Shown here one piece after another: positions 12,350 through 24,207 of a stretch of 64,000 bases of DNA. This DNA comes from Fonticula alba ATCC 38817 (taxonomy: Eukaryota > Protista > Nucleariida). The notes below the pieces were generated by a model. The model had not been told where the DNA came from. It searched no databases and worked only from the letters and a program-made list of their open reading frames with translations. Every line of letters starts with the position of its first letter. The stretch's first letter is position 1. The stretch lies in assembly GCA_000388065.2 (NCBI GenBank), contig KB932207.1; one strand, written 5' to 3'. Position numbers and translations under genes: made by a program.

Positions 12350-13589
12350 GCCCGGGGGTCGGATAGAAAGCGCAAGGGAGGGCAGAAGGGTCGGAGGGAG
12401 GGCAGAGGCGGGAGAGGGGGAGCCTCGGGCTGAGGGGCAATTAAGCAGACGCGATGGCCGGCAACCGGGCAAGGGTCTTGGCCAAAGGGGTGGGCCTGTG
12501 TGCTGATGCGCCTGGGGATGAGCAAGGGCACCTGCGATCGGATGCGCACTCACCCGTGCGTCCTTGTGTTAAGGACCTGAGAGGAAGCACAAACTCACTG
12601 GCAACGGCCAAGCAACAGACCGGGGGCCGGAGCGGAGAAAAGTGGGGGAAAGGAAGAGGAGGAGGGGGAGGAGAGGATGTCTCGCTGGGCCCTGGGCTCG
12701 GACAGCTGGGCGGGGCCCCTTGAGGGTGGCCCGGCTGCTGGCCATTGATTTTGGCTAGACGCCAGTCCGCGGCGCGCGAGGCTGAACCCGGCGGATGGTG
12801 GCCCCGCCCCGCCCCGCCCCGTTTCCATGATGCCCCCCGGCTGGCGAGGGATCCGGGGGATCACCCCGATTGCCCCTGAAATGGAGTCTGCCCCCCCCTC
12901 TGTGAAAGGTGCCCCTCAGACCAACCCGGGGGGTATTTTACGCCGCGCACTCCCGCCCGCATCCCCCCCACTCATTCCACCACGCGCGAGCACAGCCCGG
13001 CCCGGCCCCTGCTGGGGCCTTTGGCCCAGGTGTCAGCCTCACGCGCCAGGCAGGCAGATTCGCCGGGCCCGGAACCGGTCCCCGCCTCCCGGGCGCGCCC
13101 GGCCCCGCGTCCCATTTTCCAGATGAGGCCAGCCCCGGCCGCCGCGCTGTTGGCGGCCCCAATCTTCGGTATGTTAAGGCGCGCCGGCGCGTTCCCACCC
13201 CCGGCCGCCCGGCCCAACGGGAAAGAAGCGCCGGAGCTTTGCTCGAATCCAATCACGCGGACGCGCCGAAGGGCGACACTGCTTCGTTGGCAATCCGGCG
13301 TCGTCAGGCTCTCGCCACACGGCGATCGAAGCCGCGCCCGGCCGGGCCCCGGACAAGGAGCAGGACCGAGGGGGCGCGACAAGGAACGGGGGCATCCGGC
13401 GCGGGGCCGTCCCCCTCCCCCCCCCGCCCCCCCCGGGAGGGAGAGATCTCGGCCGGGTGGTCTTCATGGCGGGCCGGACCACCGGCGTGAGCACGCCAGC
13501 ATGCCCGCCACTCCCCCACGCGCGTGGATTTACCCCTCCCTCTTGGCATCCTCCCTCCCGGGATTGACCCCCCCCCCCCCGCTTCCCCT

Positions 13590-16500
13590 ATGAGCGCGTC
13601 TGATGATACGCTGCTTATCCTGTATGGATCGCAGACCGGCACGGCGGCCGCCCATGCCACACGCCTGGCTATGGCCGGTCGGCGCCTCTGCCGACAGGCT
13701 GGCCGGCCGGCTGATCGCATTTCCCTGCGAAGCCTGGAACACTTTGACATGGTGCGCAGGACATCGGCCTTCTGGTTGGAGTGCTCTCGGCAGCCACTCA
13801 CTCCTCCTCCTCCTCCTCCTCCTCCTCCTCCTCGACCGCGATCCCATCATCGCAGGACACCCTGCCGGCGCACCCACGCGTGGCCATCGTCATGGCGACC
13901 ACTGGCGCCGGGGAATTCCCGGTGCCCTCGCGCGTGCGTCTACTCCTGCCACTGGCCGATGGATTGACCCCGGGCGGTGGTCTGTCCCGCGGGCGAGGTC
14001 CCTCCTCGTGTGCTTTTTCCCTCGCTCACCCATGCTGCTCACCCTGCTTCGCGCATTTGGCCAGGCTGCCTGGCGACGGCTCCTCCGGGCCAGCCTCCCT
14101 CGGACTTGGCTCGCCGCGCGCGGCACCCGCATCTCGGTCCTCGGCCTTGGCGACAGCTCATACAAGGAGTACGTGCTGGGGCGAGGCGTCAGGCCTTTGT
14201 CGCGCGCTCCGTCCGCTCGTGCCCTCGCTCATGTACCCCCCCCCCCCTCCCCCGCACCGCGAAGGGGCACACACTGACACCGATGCTTGCTGGGCCAGGT
14301 TCAACTTTGCGGCTAAGAAGCTCGCTCGGCGCCTGGCTCAGCTTGGCGCCCGGTCGATCGACCCGGCCACCGATGTCGCGTCTGCCACCTGTCTGGACGC
14401 GCGGGCCGGCGACGACGAGCAGGAAGCCACCTTCGATGCATGGGCCCTTGGGATCTTCAAGAGCATGGGCCTGGTCCCGGGCACCGAGGACGGCAGCGGC
14501 ACCTCGGCCGGCTGGGTAGATCCGGCCCGACGCGTGGTCGCCCTTTTCGGCGACAGCATGTCCGACTTTGCCCCGGACGCTGGGGCACCCCCCTTGGCCC
14601 GGCCGGCCGACGAGCACGCGAGCCTGGTGCTGTGCAGCAACCGGGTGATTGCCGGCACGGTTCCCGATGCGCTGGACCTGCGCGCCGAGGGGGAGGTCCG
14701 AGAGCTGATCCTCGCCCTGCGCACACTGTGCGTTCGGGCGGTGCAACCGGGCAGGGGTGCTGGGCTTTTCTCTTTCCTCCTTCCCCGGCCCTCAAGTGCT
14801 CTCGACTCACAGTCCCGCCTTTCCCCGTGCCAAGCCCTGCCACCCCGCTGCAGGCGGGCGACGCGTTGGCCCTTTGGCCGCGAAACCCGGCGGACGCAGT
14901 CGCCCAGGCCCTCGACGCATTGGGGATCCCCCCGGGCCATGGCGACCGCCTGGTCAGCCTCCTGGCCCTGGAGGAGGGGGACTCGCTGGAGGACCTGTTT
15001 GGTGCGTGCCCTGTCTGGCTGTCGCGCACTGCTGTGACTAGTCTGCCTTTCCCCTCGCCCTTTCCTGTCACTCGCTCGGTGGAAACGCCCGGCGTCAGGC
15101 TCACACGGGCACTCCTCGCGCGACGTCCAAAGAATGCCATCTTCTCGAGGGGTGCCCCTTGTCGGGGCTGACACGCACTCGGCCGGTGCCGCTGCGGGAA
15201 TTCCTGGCCCGCGCGCTGGACCTCAATTCGGCCCCCTCGCCGGGGGCACTGGCACGCATGGCTGGCAGGACGCGCTCGGCCCAGGAGCGCGATCGCCTGG
15301 CCGAGTTTGCCCCCCTCGCGATCCGGCGGCGCTTCGGCCTGGAGGAAATGCCCCTGGATCCGCGCGTGATCGAGCGCAACGAGTACAATGCGTACATTCG
15401 CCGCGGCCGACGCACGGCGCTCGAGGTGGTGGCCGACTTCTTTGGCTGCCGCCTGTCCGAGCGCAGCCTCGCCCGGCCGGTGGTCGGCGAGCTGCTGCTG
15501 CAGGCTGGCCAGCCCCGCCTCACGGCGTCCCAGCTCGAGGGGCTGTCCCTCAGCGGCAGCGAGCCCCACCGGCCGGCGGTTACCGGGGCCCCCTCCGGCA
15601 CCGGGTTCCACTGGGAGGACATCCTGGCGCCGGGGGGCCTTTTTAGCCCCATGCAGCCACGCGTGTACAGCATCGCAAGCGATCCGGAGCAGGTATTTCC
15701 TCTTCCTCCTTTTTGTTTCTCCCCCTCCTCCCCCTCCCTCTCTCGTTCCCCATGCGCGCCCCCCCCCCCCCCACACACACACACACACAACGCAGGCCGT
15801 GTGACTGAGACCCCAATGCGCGTGTGCCAACTCGACTGCCAGACCAATGCCATCTCGCTGATCGCCCGTGTGGTGCACTACTCGACGGCCGATGCCGATC
15901 GAGGTGGGCCGCTGAAGCCGCGCGTCGGCACCTGCACGCGCTGGCTCGCTTCGCTGGAGGCAGGTATGTGCCATGTGCCCCGGCGGGTGTGCCTATTTGC
16001 ACACATCCGGGGGAAGGTGCACAGCACGGCCTTCGCCCCATCCACGTCGCTGCCACTGACCCTGGTGACCTCGGGCCCATTGGCCTTTCCTCCGGTCTTT
16101 TCCTCTCTCTCTCTCTCTCCATGGCGGACTGCCCCCGGGCGCAGGCGACTCTCTCCGGTATGCCCCGGTGCCGGGGTCCATGAAACTCCCGGCACCCGGT
16201 GCGGCGCTGCCGCCGCTGGTTTTCGTGGCCACCGGAACGGGCTTGGCCCCCTTCCGGGCTTACCTGCAGCAGCTGCTGCGCCGGGTACCGGCTCCGCAGC
16301 TCCCGCCCATTTTGCTGGTGCTTGGCTTCCGCCGCCGTGTGGAGGCCCTCTGCCTGGCGGACCTGCTGAGGCCGGTGGCCCGTGCGTCGTCGGCCGGCAC
16401 CGGGGGCGGCGTGTGGTGCGCCTTCTCGCGCCCGGACTCCGAAGCCGGCGAGCAAGCGGTCGGCCGGCTCTTGGCCGACGCGCCAGGCCCCGATGAGTGG

Positions 16501-16965
16501 GAGTTCTCGCCGGCCCCCGGGACGGGGGGCTCCCCTGTCGCGGCCCCGCCAGCCGGCGGGCGCCGGTTCTATGTGCAGGATCTGCTGGCCGAATACCGCC
16601 CGGTGGCGAATCTGGTTGCCAGCTGGCTGCTGGAGCGCGATGCGCGGCTCTTCATTTGCGGGTGCGCGCCGTCTCTGCCGGGCCTCCTCTGGCGCTGCTA
16701 CATGCCGCCCCTCTCTTTTCTCGCCGCCCCCCCCCCTTCCCACATTTTAATTCCTCACTGACAAACGAGACGCCTGTTGGTCGCTCGCAGAAATGGCGCC
16801 CGTCTCTCGGACATGGTGCAGATGGCGGTGGCCCGTGCTCTGGTCACGGCCGGGGCACCGGACGACTTCATCCCGACTCCGAAGCAGCTCGACCAGGGCA
16901 TGGACCGTGTCCGGGGCCTGGTCAAGCAGGGCCGCATCCAGTCCGAGGCCTGGGTGGCCTCCTGA
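13590..16965 (+). CDS. NDOR1: NADPH-dependent diflavin oxidoreductase 1 (Tah18/NDOR1), multi-exon
   Basis: Flavodoxin domain LILYGSQTGTA, ATTGAGE, VLGLGDSSY|FNFAAKKLARRL; FAD-binding MQPRVYSIAS; NADPH-binding VATGTGLAPFR, FYVQD and FICG; C-terminal QSEAW. Confidence 0.88.
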
Positions 16966-17722
16966 GCACCGGCGTAGGACACCAATGCCATGGTGTGCCC
17001 TGGGGACGCACGCATCCTTGTCTTGAAAACCCATGCAATATAGATGGCCCTGTGCCGCATTTTTTTCGCCCCTCTCCCCCGCGTGCGCCAAAGCGGCCGG
17101 ACGAAAAACAAAGGCAGGGTCAAGTTTTCTAGGGGTGTATTCTTTAGCGCGGCATGGGAGAGGACAGGGCGACGCCGGCGTCAAGATAGAGCCAGGAGGG
17201 ATGAGGGGGGGGGNNNNNNNNNNNNGGGGGGGGGACGTGAGAAGACCGGCGCGCGCGCGCGCGGTGAAAAACTCAAGAACAGGAGATGGGCCGGCCGAAT
17301 GCACACCGGCAAGGAGCGCCCTGGAGGCTGGTGAAACTGGACCACCGCACGAAAGGGGCAACAAGAGGGGCAGGCGGCAGGCGGCAGGAGGGAGGAGGGA
17401 GAGGGGCGAGGAAACATGGCATGCACACATCGCTCCTCCTTCGAGGGGGAAAGGGGCAGTGACCGGAGGGGGGAGGAGGGGGGAGGGACCGAGAAGCCCA
17501 CAGGAAAAACAACACACTGCGGGGACCGGCCCTCGCCTGCCCGCGTGCCGCCGGCGCGACGCACGCGCGCAGCAGCACCCCGCCCACCTTTTTCCCCTTC
17601 TTGGCCAAGGCAAAACACGGCGTGCACATCAGACCGATTTCGCCCCGTCAAGAGGCAGCCGGAGAAAGGGGCGGGCCAGGTCAACGGCGCCGAGTTCCCC
17701 CCAGCAAGAGCGGGGGGCCGGC

Positions 17723-18763
17723 TTACTTGCTGAAGGTCTCGACGGCCAGGCGGGCAACAGTCTCCATGGTGGCGCGGTTGCTCTCGACAGCGGCCTGGAA
17801 GGACTGGTAGGTGAGCTCGGCACCACCGACACCATTGGCGAAGTTGTCCACCATGCAGATGCAGGTGTAGGCAACGCCGACCTCCTTCATGAGAGAGGCC
17901 TCATCGGCGTTGGTCATGCCGACGATGTCGCCGAGGTTGCTCAGGAAGCGGACCTCAGCCGGGGTCTCGAAGCGCGGGCCGGGGGTCTGGATGTAGACGC
18001 CTGCATGTCCAGGAGGCGGCGAGGACGGCACCGGGCGGCGGGAGAGAGAGAGAGAGAGAGAGAGAGAACGAGCGAGACACAGATGGAGGTGAGAATCGGA
18101 ACCGTGGATCTCGGGAGTGCGGCACTTTGGAGAGGGGAGAGAGAGAGACAGAGAGCCCAGCAGGGTGGTGGGTAGGTGCCGCGCTGCTCACGACGTACAG
18201 TCGGTGCGGATCTTGAAGTTGTTCTTCTCCAGCAGGTCAATGAACTGCTTGCGGAGCTCCTCGTCGTAGCCGGGGACGATGTGGCCACGGCGGTCGTTGT
18301 AGACGCAGGCCATGCCCCAAGGGGAGAAGTAGTCGTTCGGGACGCAGGCGGTGCCCGGGGGGAAGGTGTCCTTCACACCGCCGACGGAGTTGAAGCCGAT
18401 GGCCTTCTTGACACCGAGGGCCTGGAAGGCCAGGGCCACGGCCGGGGCGTTGATCTCGTGCGGCTGGTAGTAGGGCCGGCCGACGCTGACGGCATGGCGC
18501 TGGGCGAAGACAATCGGGTAGTCGGCCAGGGGGGACGGGGCAGAGCCCTCCGGGCAGGCCTCCATGACCTTGGCGCACTCGGGCAGCTTGGCCAGAGCGG
18601 CGGGGGTGACGTAGAGGATGACCTCGCCGTGGTCGGTGGTGACGAGGATCCTGGTGGAGGGGGAGGGGGGGGGCAGAGGTGTTGCAAAGGGCACATACTT
18701 GGTCATGCCAGTGTGGAAGAGGCTGCTCTGAATGAGCGAAGTGCCAGCAATGATACCGAACAT
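17723..18763 (-). CDS. MTAP/PNP-family (trimeric-type) purine nucleoside phosphorylase, 3 exons
   Basis: GIIAGTS, VFAQRH, HEIN, NSVGG, VPND, YIQTPGPRFETPAE, DIVGMT and MVDNFANG. Introns at 18651-18698 (48 nt) and 18001-18198. Confidence 0.88.
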
Positions 18764-19650
18764 AGTTGCGAAGGGGGGAGGTCGAAGTTTCGACTGTGGG
18801 GGGGAGGGAGGAGAACACGCCAGGAGAGGTCAGGAGCCGAGAGGGGGGAGGCGGGAGCCAAGGCAGGCAGGCAGGCAGCTGGGGAGGGGAGGGGACGAAC
18901 AGCAAACACTCAAACACGCGAAAAAAAGAGTCCGAGAGATGGGTGTACCCGCGGGGCCTGGGCGCCCCGGCAGCCGGTCAGTCGCCTTATATATGCCTCG
19001 TCTGGCGGTCCCCCGCGCCTCCCTTCGGGCCTCGCCTTGGCCGGGCCAGGGCATGCGGCGGGAGGGGGCGAGGCGGAAACACACCCAGGCATGCTGTTCC
19101 TGGGAAGATCGGCGTCTCTCGCACCAGGGGCACATTCGGCAGGGGCGGCCAGGGCGGGAACAAAAACAGGGGCCCGCTGCCGGGGGTCGCGCTGTGGGAA
19201 AACGTGCACCTTGGCGTCATCGTTCGGGCCGGTCGCAGTTTCGCCAGAGGCCTGGACACCCAAACGGGGAACCGGGCACACCCAGGTGGGCTGGCCGGGC
19301 CGGGCCGGGCCGGGCTGGGCTGGGGGGGGGGGNNNNNNNNNNNNNNNNNNNNNNNNNNNNNNNNNNNNNNNNNNNNNNNNNNNNNNNNNNNNNNNNNNNN
19401 NNNNNNNNNNNNNNNNNNNNNNNNNNNNNNNNNNNNNNNNNNNNNNNNNNNNNNNNNNNNNNNNNNNNNNNNNNNNNNNNNNNNNNNNNNNNNNNNNNNN
19501 NNNNNNNNNNNNNNNNNNNNNNNNNNNNNNNNNNNNNNNNNNNNNNNNNNNNNNNNNNNNNNNNNNNNNNNNNNNNNNNNNNNNNNNCCCCCCCCCCCCT
19601 CCGCCCGCGCCAAGCCCCGGCCTGCCATCCTAACCCCCTCGCGCCCATAT

Positions 19651-19689
<39 letters not shown>

Positions 19690-19690
19690 C
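19651..19690. repeat. (GCAC)n tetranucleotide repeat (intronic)
   Basis: Seen directly, just upstream of the acceptor at 19712. Confidence 0.9.
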
Positions 19691-19712
19691 CTCGCGCCCC
19701 ATGGCCCCACAG

Positions 19713-19843
19713 ACAATGCCATCCCCATCGACACCTGGACCAGCGACCCGAGCGACCGGTCCCTCATGGACCTGTTGCCCTTCCTGGATGCGCTGCGCTT
19801 CTGCTCCGATGTCCGCTCGGTCCTGTCCCTGCGCAACTGCTGA
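19713..19843 (+). CDS. CTDNEP1: Terminal exon of a CTDNEP1/Dullard/Nem1-like HAD phosphatase; upstream exons not visible
   Basis: After the acceptor cacag| the exon reads [43 protein letters not shown]. This closely matches the CTDNEP1/Nem1 C-terminus as recalled (DNAIPIKSWFSDPSD..LL.LLP.LDALRF..DVRSVL). Confidence 0.8.
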
Positions 19844-19938
19844 GTCCGCGCGCGCCACCTCCGGCGGGACGCCCTTTTGCCCTCCTCTTTTCCGTTTGTG
19901 TCCCCCGTCGAGAGGGGGAGGGAGGGGGCGCGCGGCCT

Positions 19939-19984
<46 letters not shown>

Positions 19985-20118
19985 CCCTCTCGCGCCTCCA
20001 CCCTAATCCTGGGGGGGGGGGGAACTCCCGCGTTGGGAGCGCTAAAATGGCGCTCTCTGCCTGCCAGGGCGCCGGCGTGTGTGTGGGAGAGAGCGCGCGT
20101 GCTCTGCCTTTTCGCGAG

Positions 20119-20168
<50 letters not shown>

Positions 20169-22951
20169 GGGAGGGGGCGCGCAGGGCGCGGCGGCTTGAG
20201 CGACACGGCGGCACCCAAGGAAGTTGCGATGGGTTGCAGCTGCTACTTGCTCCAAGGTGGGCGGCTCGATCGGCGACCGGCGGGGGGGCGGGGTGATGTG
20301 CTTCGCGCGAGGACCGCCCGGGCGTCGCCGCCCGTCGACAGCACCGTCAGCACACATCAATGGGCATGCCGCCGGGATCGGCCGGTTTGACGGCAGCGAG
20401 CGAGGCAGGAGGAGGGCCTGGAAGGGAGAAACACACCGGGCGAGTAACGATAAATATTCGCCTCTCCTCAAGAGCAGGCCGGACGGCGGGTGGGCGTTCT
20501 CGCCCGAGAGCACTCCGGGCACCGGCCGCGGGCCTGCTCCCCCCCGCACTGCCATCTAGCGCGGATCGAGAGCCCCCTTTGGCGGCGGCTCACGGCCCCC
20601 GGGACCGGCGCCGCCGCACGAGAGCCCGGCCAAGAGAACCCTTGAGCCTGGGCCCCACGCCCTCCGGCCGCACCCGGGGCCGGGCCGGCGGAACGGCCAT
20701 CCGATCCGATCAGGCCTCCAGGCGTGGGCCGGCCAAAACAAAGGCATCCGCCGAACGGGCCAGAAGAACGCCCCCCCCCCCCTCCGCCGCCCGCGCCCCG
20801 ATGGCCCGGCTGTGCGTCTCCGGCAATCCGGACCTAGCGACTATCCAACGTCCCGTTTCGCCGCCACCCCCCCGCTCCCGCAGTAGCCTCTAGGCAGAAG
20901 GCTAAAGAAATACCACAAAAAGGAGTGTCCGAGAGGGAGGGAGAACCGGCGCGCAGTCCTGCACCCACCCCCCTCCCGGGGGCGGGCGAGGGAGTGCCCA
21001 CACGCATTCGGGGCAGGAACCCCCCCTCCCCCCGGCGGGCGGGCCGAGGGACTGACTCGATCTCGAGAGACCGGGGGGACCAGAGCATGCCGGAAAATAT
21101 GCCCGCCTATCACTGGCGACCGCGGCGCTGTGTCGTCCCCCCCCCCCCCCCCCTGCGGCTCCGGACCCTGGACTAGGCGCGGGCGATTACGGCCTCCATT
21201 CCGGGTCCGGGGGGAGGAGCGAAAGAAAAGGGTGACTAGTGCCCCGGGGCCGGGCGGGGGGGGAGGGGGGGGGACGGGAGCCGCCAGGCCAGATGTGTGC
21301 GCGCCTCCGGCCGAGGCCCGCCCCGAGCAAGAGGCACACACCAACAGACGCCCGGGCCCTGCCAACTGAGCTAGCATCGGCCTTGCCCACCATGGAGCAT
21401 TGGAACAACCCGGGCCTGGGAACGAGCGACCGGCAGGCGCGACCAATGTAACCCAGGCTGTGCCCAGCTGGCCGGGACCCGCGCGCCGGGGGCGCATTTG
21501 TGGCGGCAGTCAGGCCCGGAGGAACGCCGGACCGGAGGCCCTCGCCGAGGGGAAGGAGGATAAACAATGCCCGCGCGCGCGCGCGCGCGCGCCTGCCCCC
21601 CTGCCTTCGGGTGAAGGCAAGAAAAGCCCCCCGCTGGTCCGGGTGTCCCCCTCAGCTGAATGCCGGCTCGAGGAAAAATCTCCCCGCGATGTGGAGGCCC
21701 GGCCAGACGCGGCGCCAGCACAGAAGCCCTCCGGGCCTGGGGGCCTCGGACCCGCCGCCCGGCAGCTGGAACGCCCTTGGCCGCCCGGGGCCGGCGGATA
21801 CCTGGCCGGGGGAGAGGACGGGCAGGCCCCCGGGGGGAGGCGCATCGCCGCACGCCCAAACCCCGCCTTTTCCCCGCTCGCATTTCGCCGCGCCCGGCCG
21901 GGCATCGTCCGTGACGAACCACCGGAATGACCCGTGCGTCCTCCTCCCCTTCCTTCGCGCCTGCTTGGCAGAGCCCAAGGACCGGCCAGCGGCCACTTCA
22001 CACACGGGACACGCCGCCGACCAGGGGCTCTCTCCCCGGCCCGCGGAGGGGATATGCGACCAGCCGCCCGGTCCCCGGCAGAGGGGCCCAGTTGTCACCC
22101 CATAGCCCCTCGCACAAAGGAAGGTGCCGCTGGTGGTGCGCGTCGGCCCACACGCCCATATATGCCACACACAGACCTCTGAGCATCGAGAAGGCCCGCC
22201 CCCCCTCGCCCGACCTGCGTTGCTCCCCTGGTTCCGGGACAGACCCTGCCGCTTTGCCCGGCCGGCTCCCCCGGGCCCTGGCGAGGAGGCTTGCCCGCGC
22301 GACGATTCAAACCAAACGGGCGCGGCACCTCCGCCAGCCGCCGCATCCCGTGGCGGCGCACCATGTCACCATATGTGGGCCGCGCGTGATCCCTCGCGCC
22401 GCTTGATCGTGGGCTACCCCGTGGCGCCGCAGCCACCGCGGCACATGCATCCACTGCCGCCTGCCTCCTGTCTTGGCGCCCTTCACGTATGGACCCCCGC
22501 CGCGGCCAGCCTGCAATAGGGACCCTACATATCCGGGCAGTCCCCCCCCCTCGCCCTCGCCCCTCGCTCCGGATTGTTGAACATATTGGCACAGCTTAAC
22601 TAGCCGCCTCATCCGGAGCCGGGGAAGCCAGTCCTCACGGAGGCCCGCCCCCCCCCCCCCCCACCTGGGGAGGGCTTATGGGCCCCCGGGGAACGGGTGC
22701 ACCAGCGCCCGCACCCTCCTCGGCCATAGCTCCTGCTCCCCACGTCTCCTCCTTGCCCTGCTCGCCTCCCCGCCTTTAGTCCACACACACACACAAACGC
22801 GCGCCTCCGCATCAGCCTCCTTTGTCAACCCCCGCCCCCTGACTCGGACAGCACCTCGGGCTGTCAGCCTCTCGCGCCGGCCAAGTGCAGATCCCCAACC
22901 CCGAGGCAACTCGCGCAGCTGGCTCGCGCCAAAACGGGTCCGACGAGTGCC

Positions 22952-24207
22952 ATGGCCCATCGTGAACAGAGTTCCCCCCTGCCTCGAGTGCGGGAGGACC
23001 CGCTCCCGCGCCGCGAGCGGGGCGAAACCATCGCCCAACGCTTCCGAGTCACCATGCTGGCCTTGGACTCGGTCAAGCAGATCACCCACCGGCGCCCCGA
23101 GGCAGGCCACCCTGGGTCGCCTGCCGCCCCGCCGGAACTGTTCAGCTCGGCAGAAAAGCTCCAGGTGCGCGCCAGGCGGATGGCCCTCGGCCCGGCCCCA
23201 CATTACCGACGCCCCGCTTGGAGCAGGACACTGATGCGCGTGGTGGCAATGAAAACCCCCAGCTGCTTGCGCTCATTCGCATGGTCAAGGAAGGCCCGTA
23301 CAACGAGTCACGACATGGGATACTCTCGGGCCCCTCGTCGCCCGGCCCCAGCAAGGATCACCAGAAAATCCTGGCCTGGCGCCAGCTCGGGCCCATGTCC
23401 AAGCAGCATGCGCAATTTGAATTCTGCCGCCTGGTCCAGGCGGTTGCCGAGCGGACCCTGGCCCAGGGATCAAGCAGTCCATCGGCCACCCAGGCCGCGC
23501 GCCTGCTGCTGGTGGCGTCTCGTGGCCGTGGCCGCGGTGCTCTCAGCCCCGGCGGAAGTTCCAGCCCTCGCGCGGAGGCGGACCCCGGGCGAGGCCCGGC
23601 CGGCGCCCGATCGCCCGATCGCATCCCCCGGCCGAGCGGCCTGCGCCATGTCCAGCTGACGGCCTATGCCAACCACCAGCACCCGGCGGGCTCCATGCCC
23701 GACGGCCGGAGTCCCAGCACCACGGCCGAAACCATGTCCGCGACCGAGGGCTTCCCCTCGCCACAGAAGAAGCCCCTGGCTCCGCCTTCGGCCGGGGAGC
23801 GGCCCCACTCGGCATTCGCCAGGGGCGATGCCACCCCCGATGCCCAGACCGTCGGATCAGAGCCCGACCCCATGGCCCGGGACAGGCAGCCCGGCGCTCC
23901 GCCAGCCGCGGGATCCGCCTCGGCCGGCGCCCTGCCCGCCGGCCGGGACTGTGCCCAGAGCAAGGCCCCGCCACTGGCCGGGGCCCCGGCACGGCCGGCA
24001 GCTCAGCCGGCCGGCCCGCCGGCCCACCGGCCCCCCCGATCAGCCCTGCGCGTGGCCCTCTCGACAGCCACCTCGGCCGGGGTCCTGGCCCTGGCCTGTG
24101 TCATGCTCATTCGGCATATGCTCGGCCGGCCGGACCTCATCTCGGCGGCCATCCTCACGGCCGTCCGGCGAATTGCACGCCTCCTCCAAGGTGGTCGAGT
24201 GCAATGA
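22952..24207 (+). CDS. Divergent acyl-CoA-binding (ACBP) domain protein with a C-terminal TM anchor (ACBD4/5/Atg37-like architecture), 2 exons
   Basis: An intron at 23165-23262 (gtgcgc...cactgat branch...cccag) joins AEKLQ|LLALIRMVKEGPYN...KILAWRQLGPMSKQHAQFEFCRLV, the ACBP pattern. A disordered linker follows, then the hydrophobic segment GVLALACVMLI near the C-terminus. Confidence 0.62.

Noticed and set aside
12550-13589. CCAAT boxes (13159, 13249) and CGGAAGT words as promoter elements
   Set aside because: These short words are expected by chance, and there is no TSS information to anchor them.
20472-20539. Nested GC-rich hairpin (gagcaggcc/ggcctgctc enclosing GGGCG-TTCT-CGCCC)
   Set aside because: Stems like this are expected by chance at this GC content, and no known ncRNA motif is present.
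20911-20921. TTTTTGTGGTA (minus strand) resembling the U1 snRNA Sm site
   Set aside because: There is no ATACTTACCTG 5' end or U1 stem-loops at the expected distance.
19843-22952. Several 80-220-aa ORFs in the 3-kb interval between CTDNEP1 and the ACBP gene
   Set aside because: None has a recognisable motif, coherent splice structure or coding-like composition; treated as intergenic.
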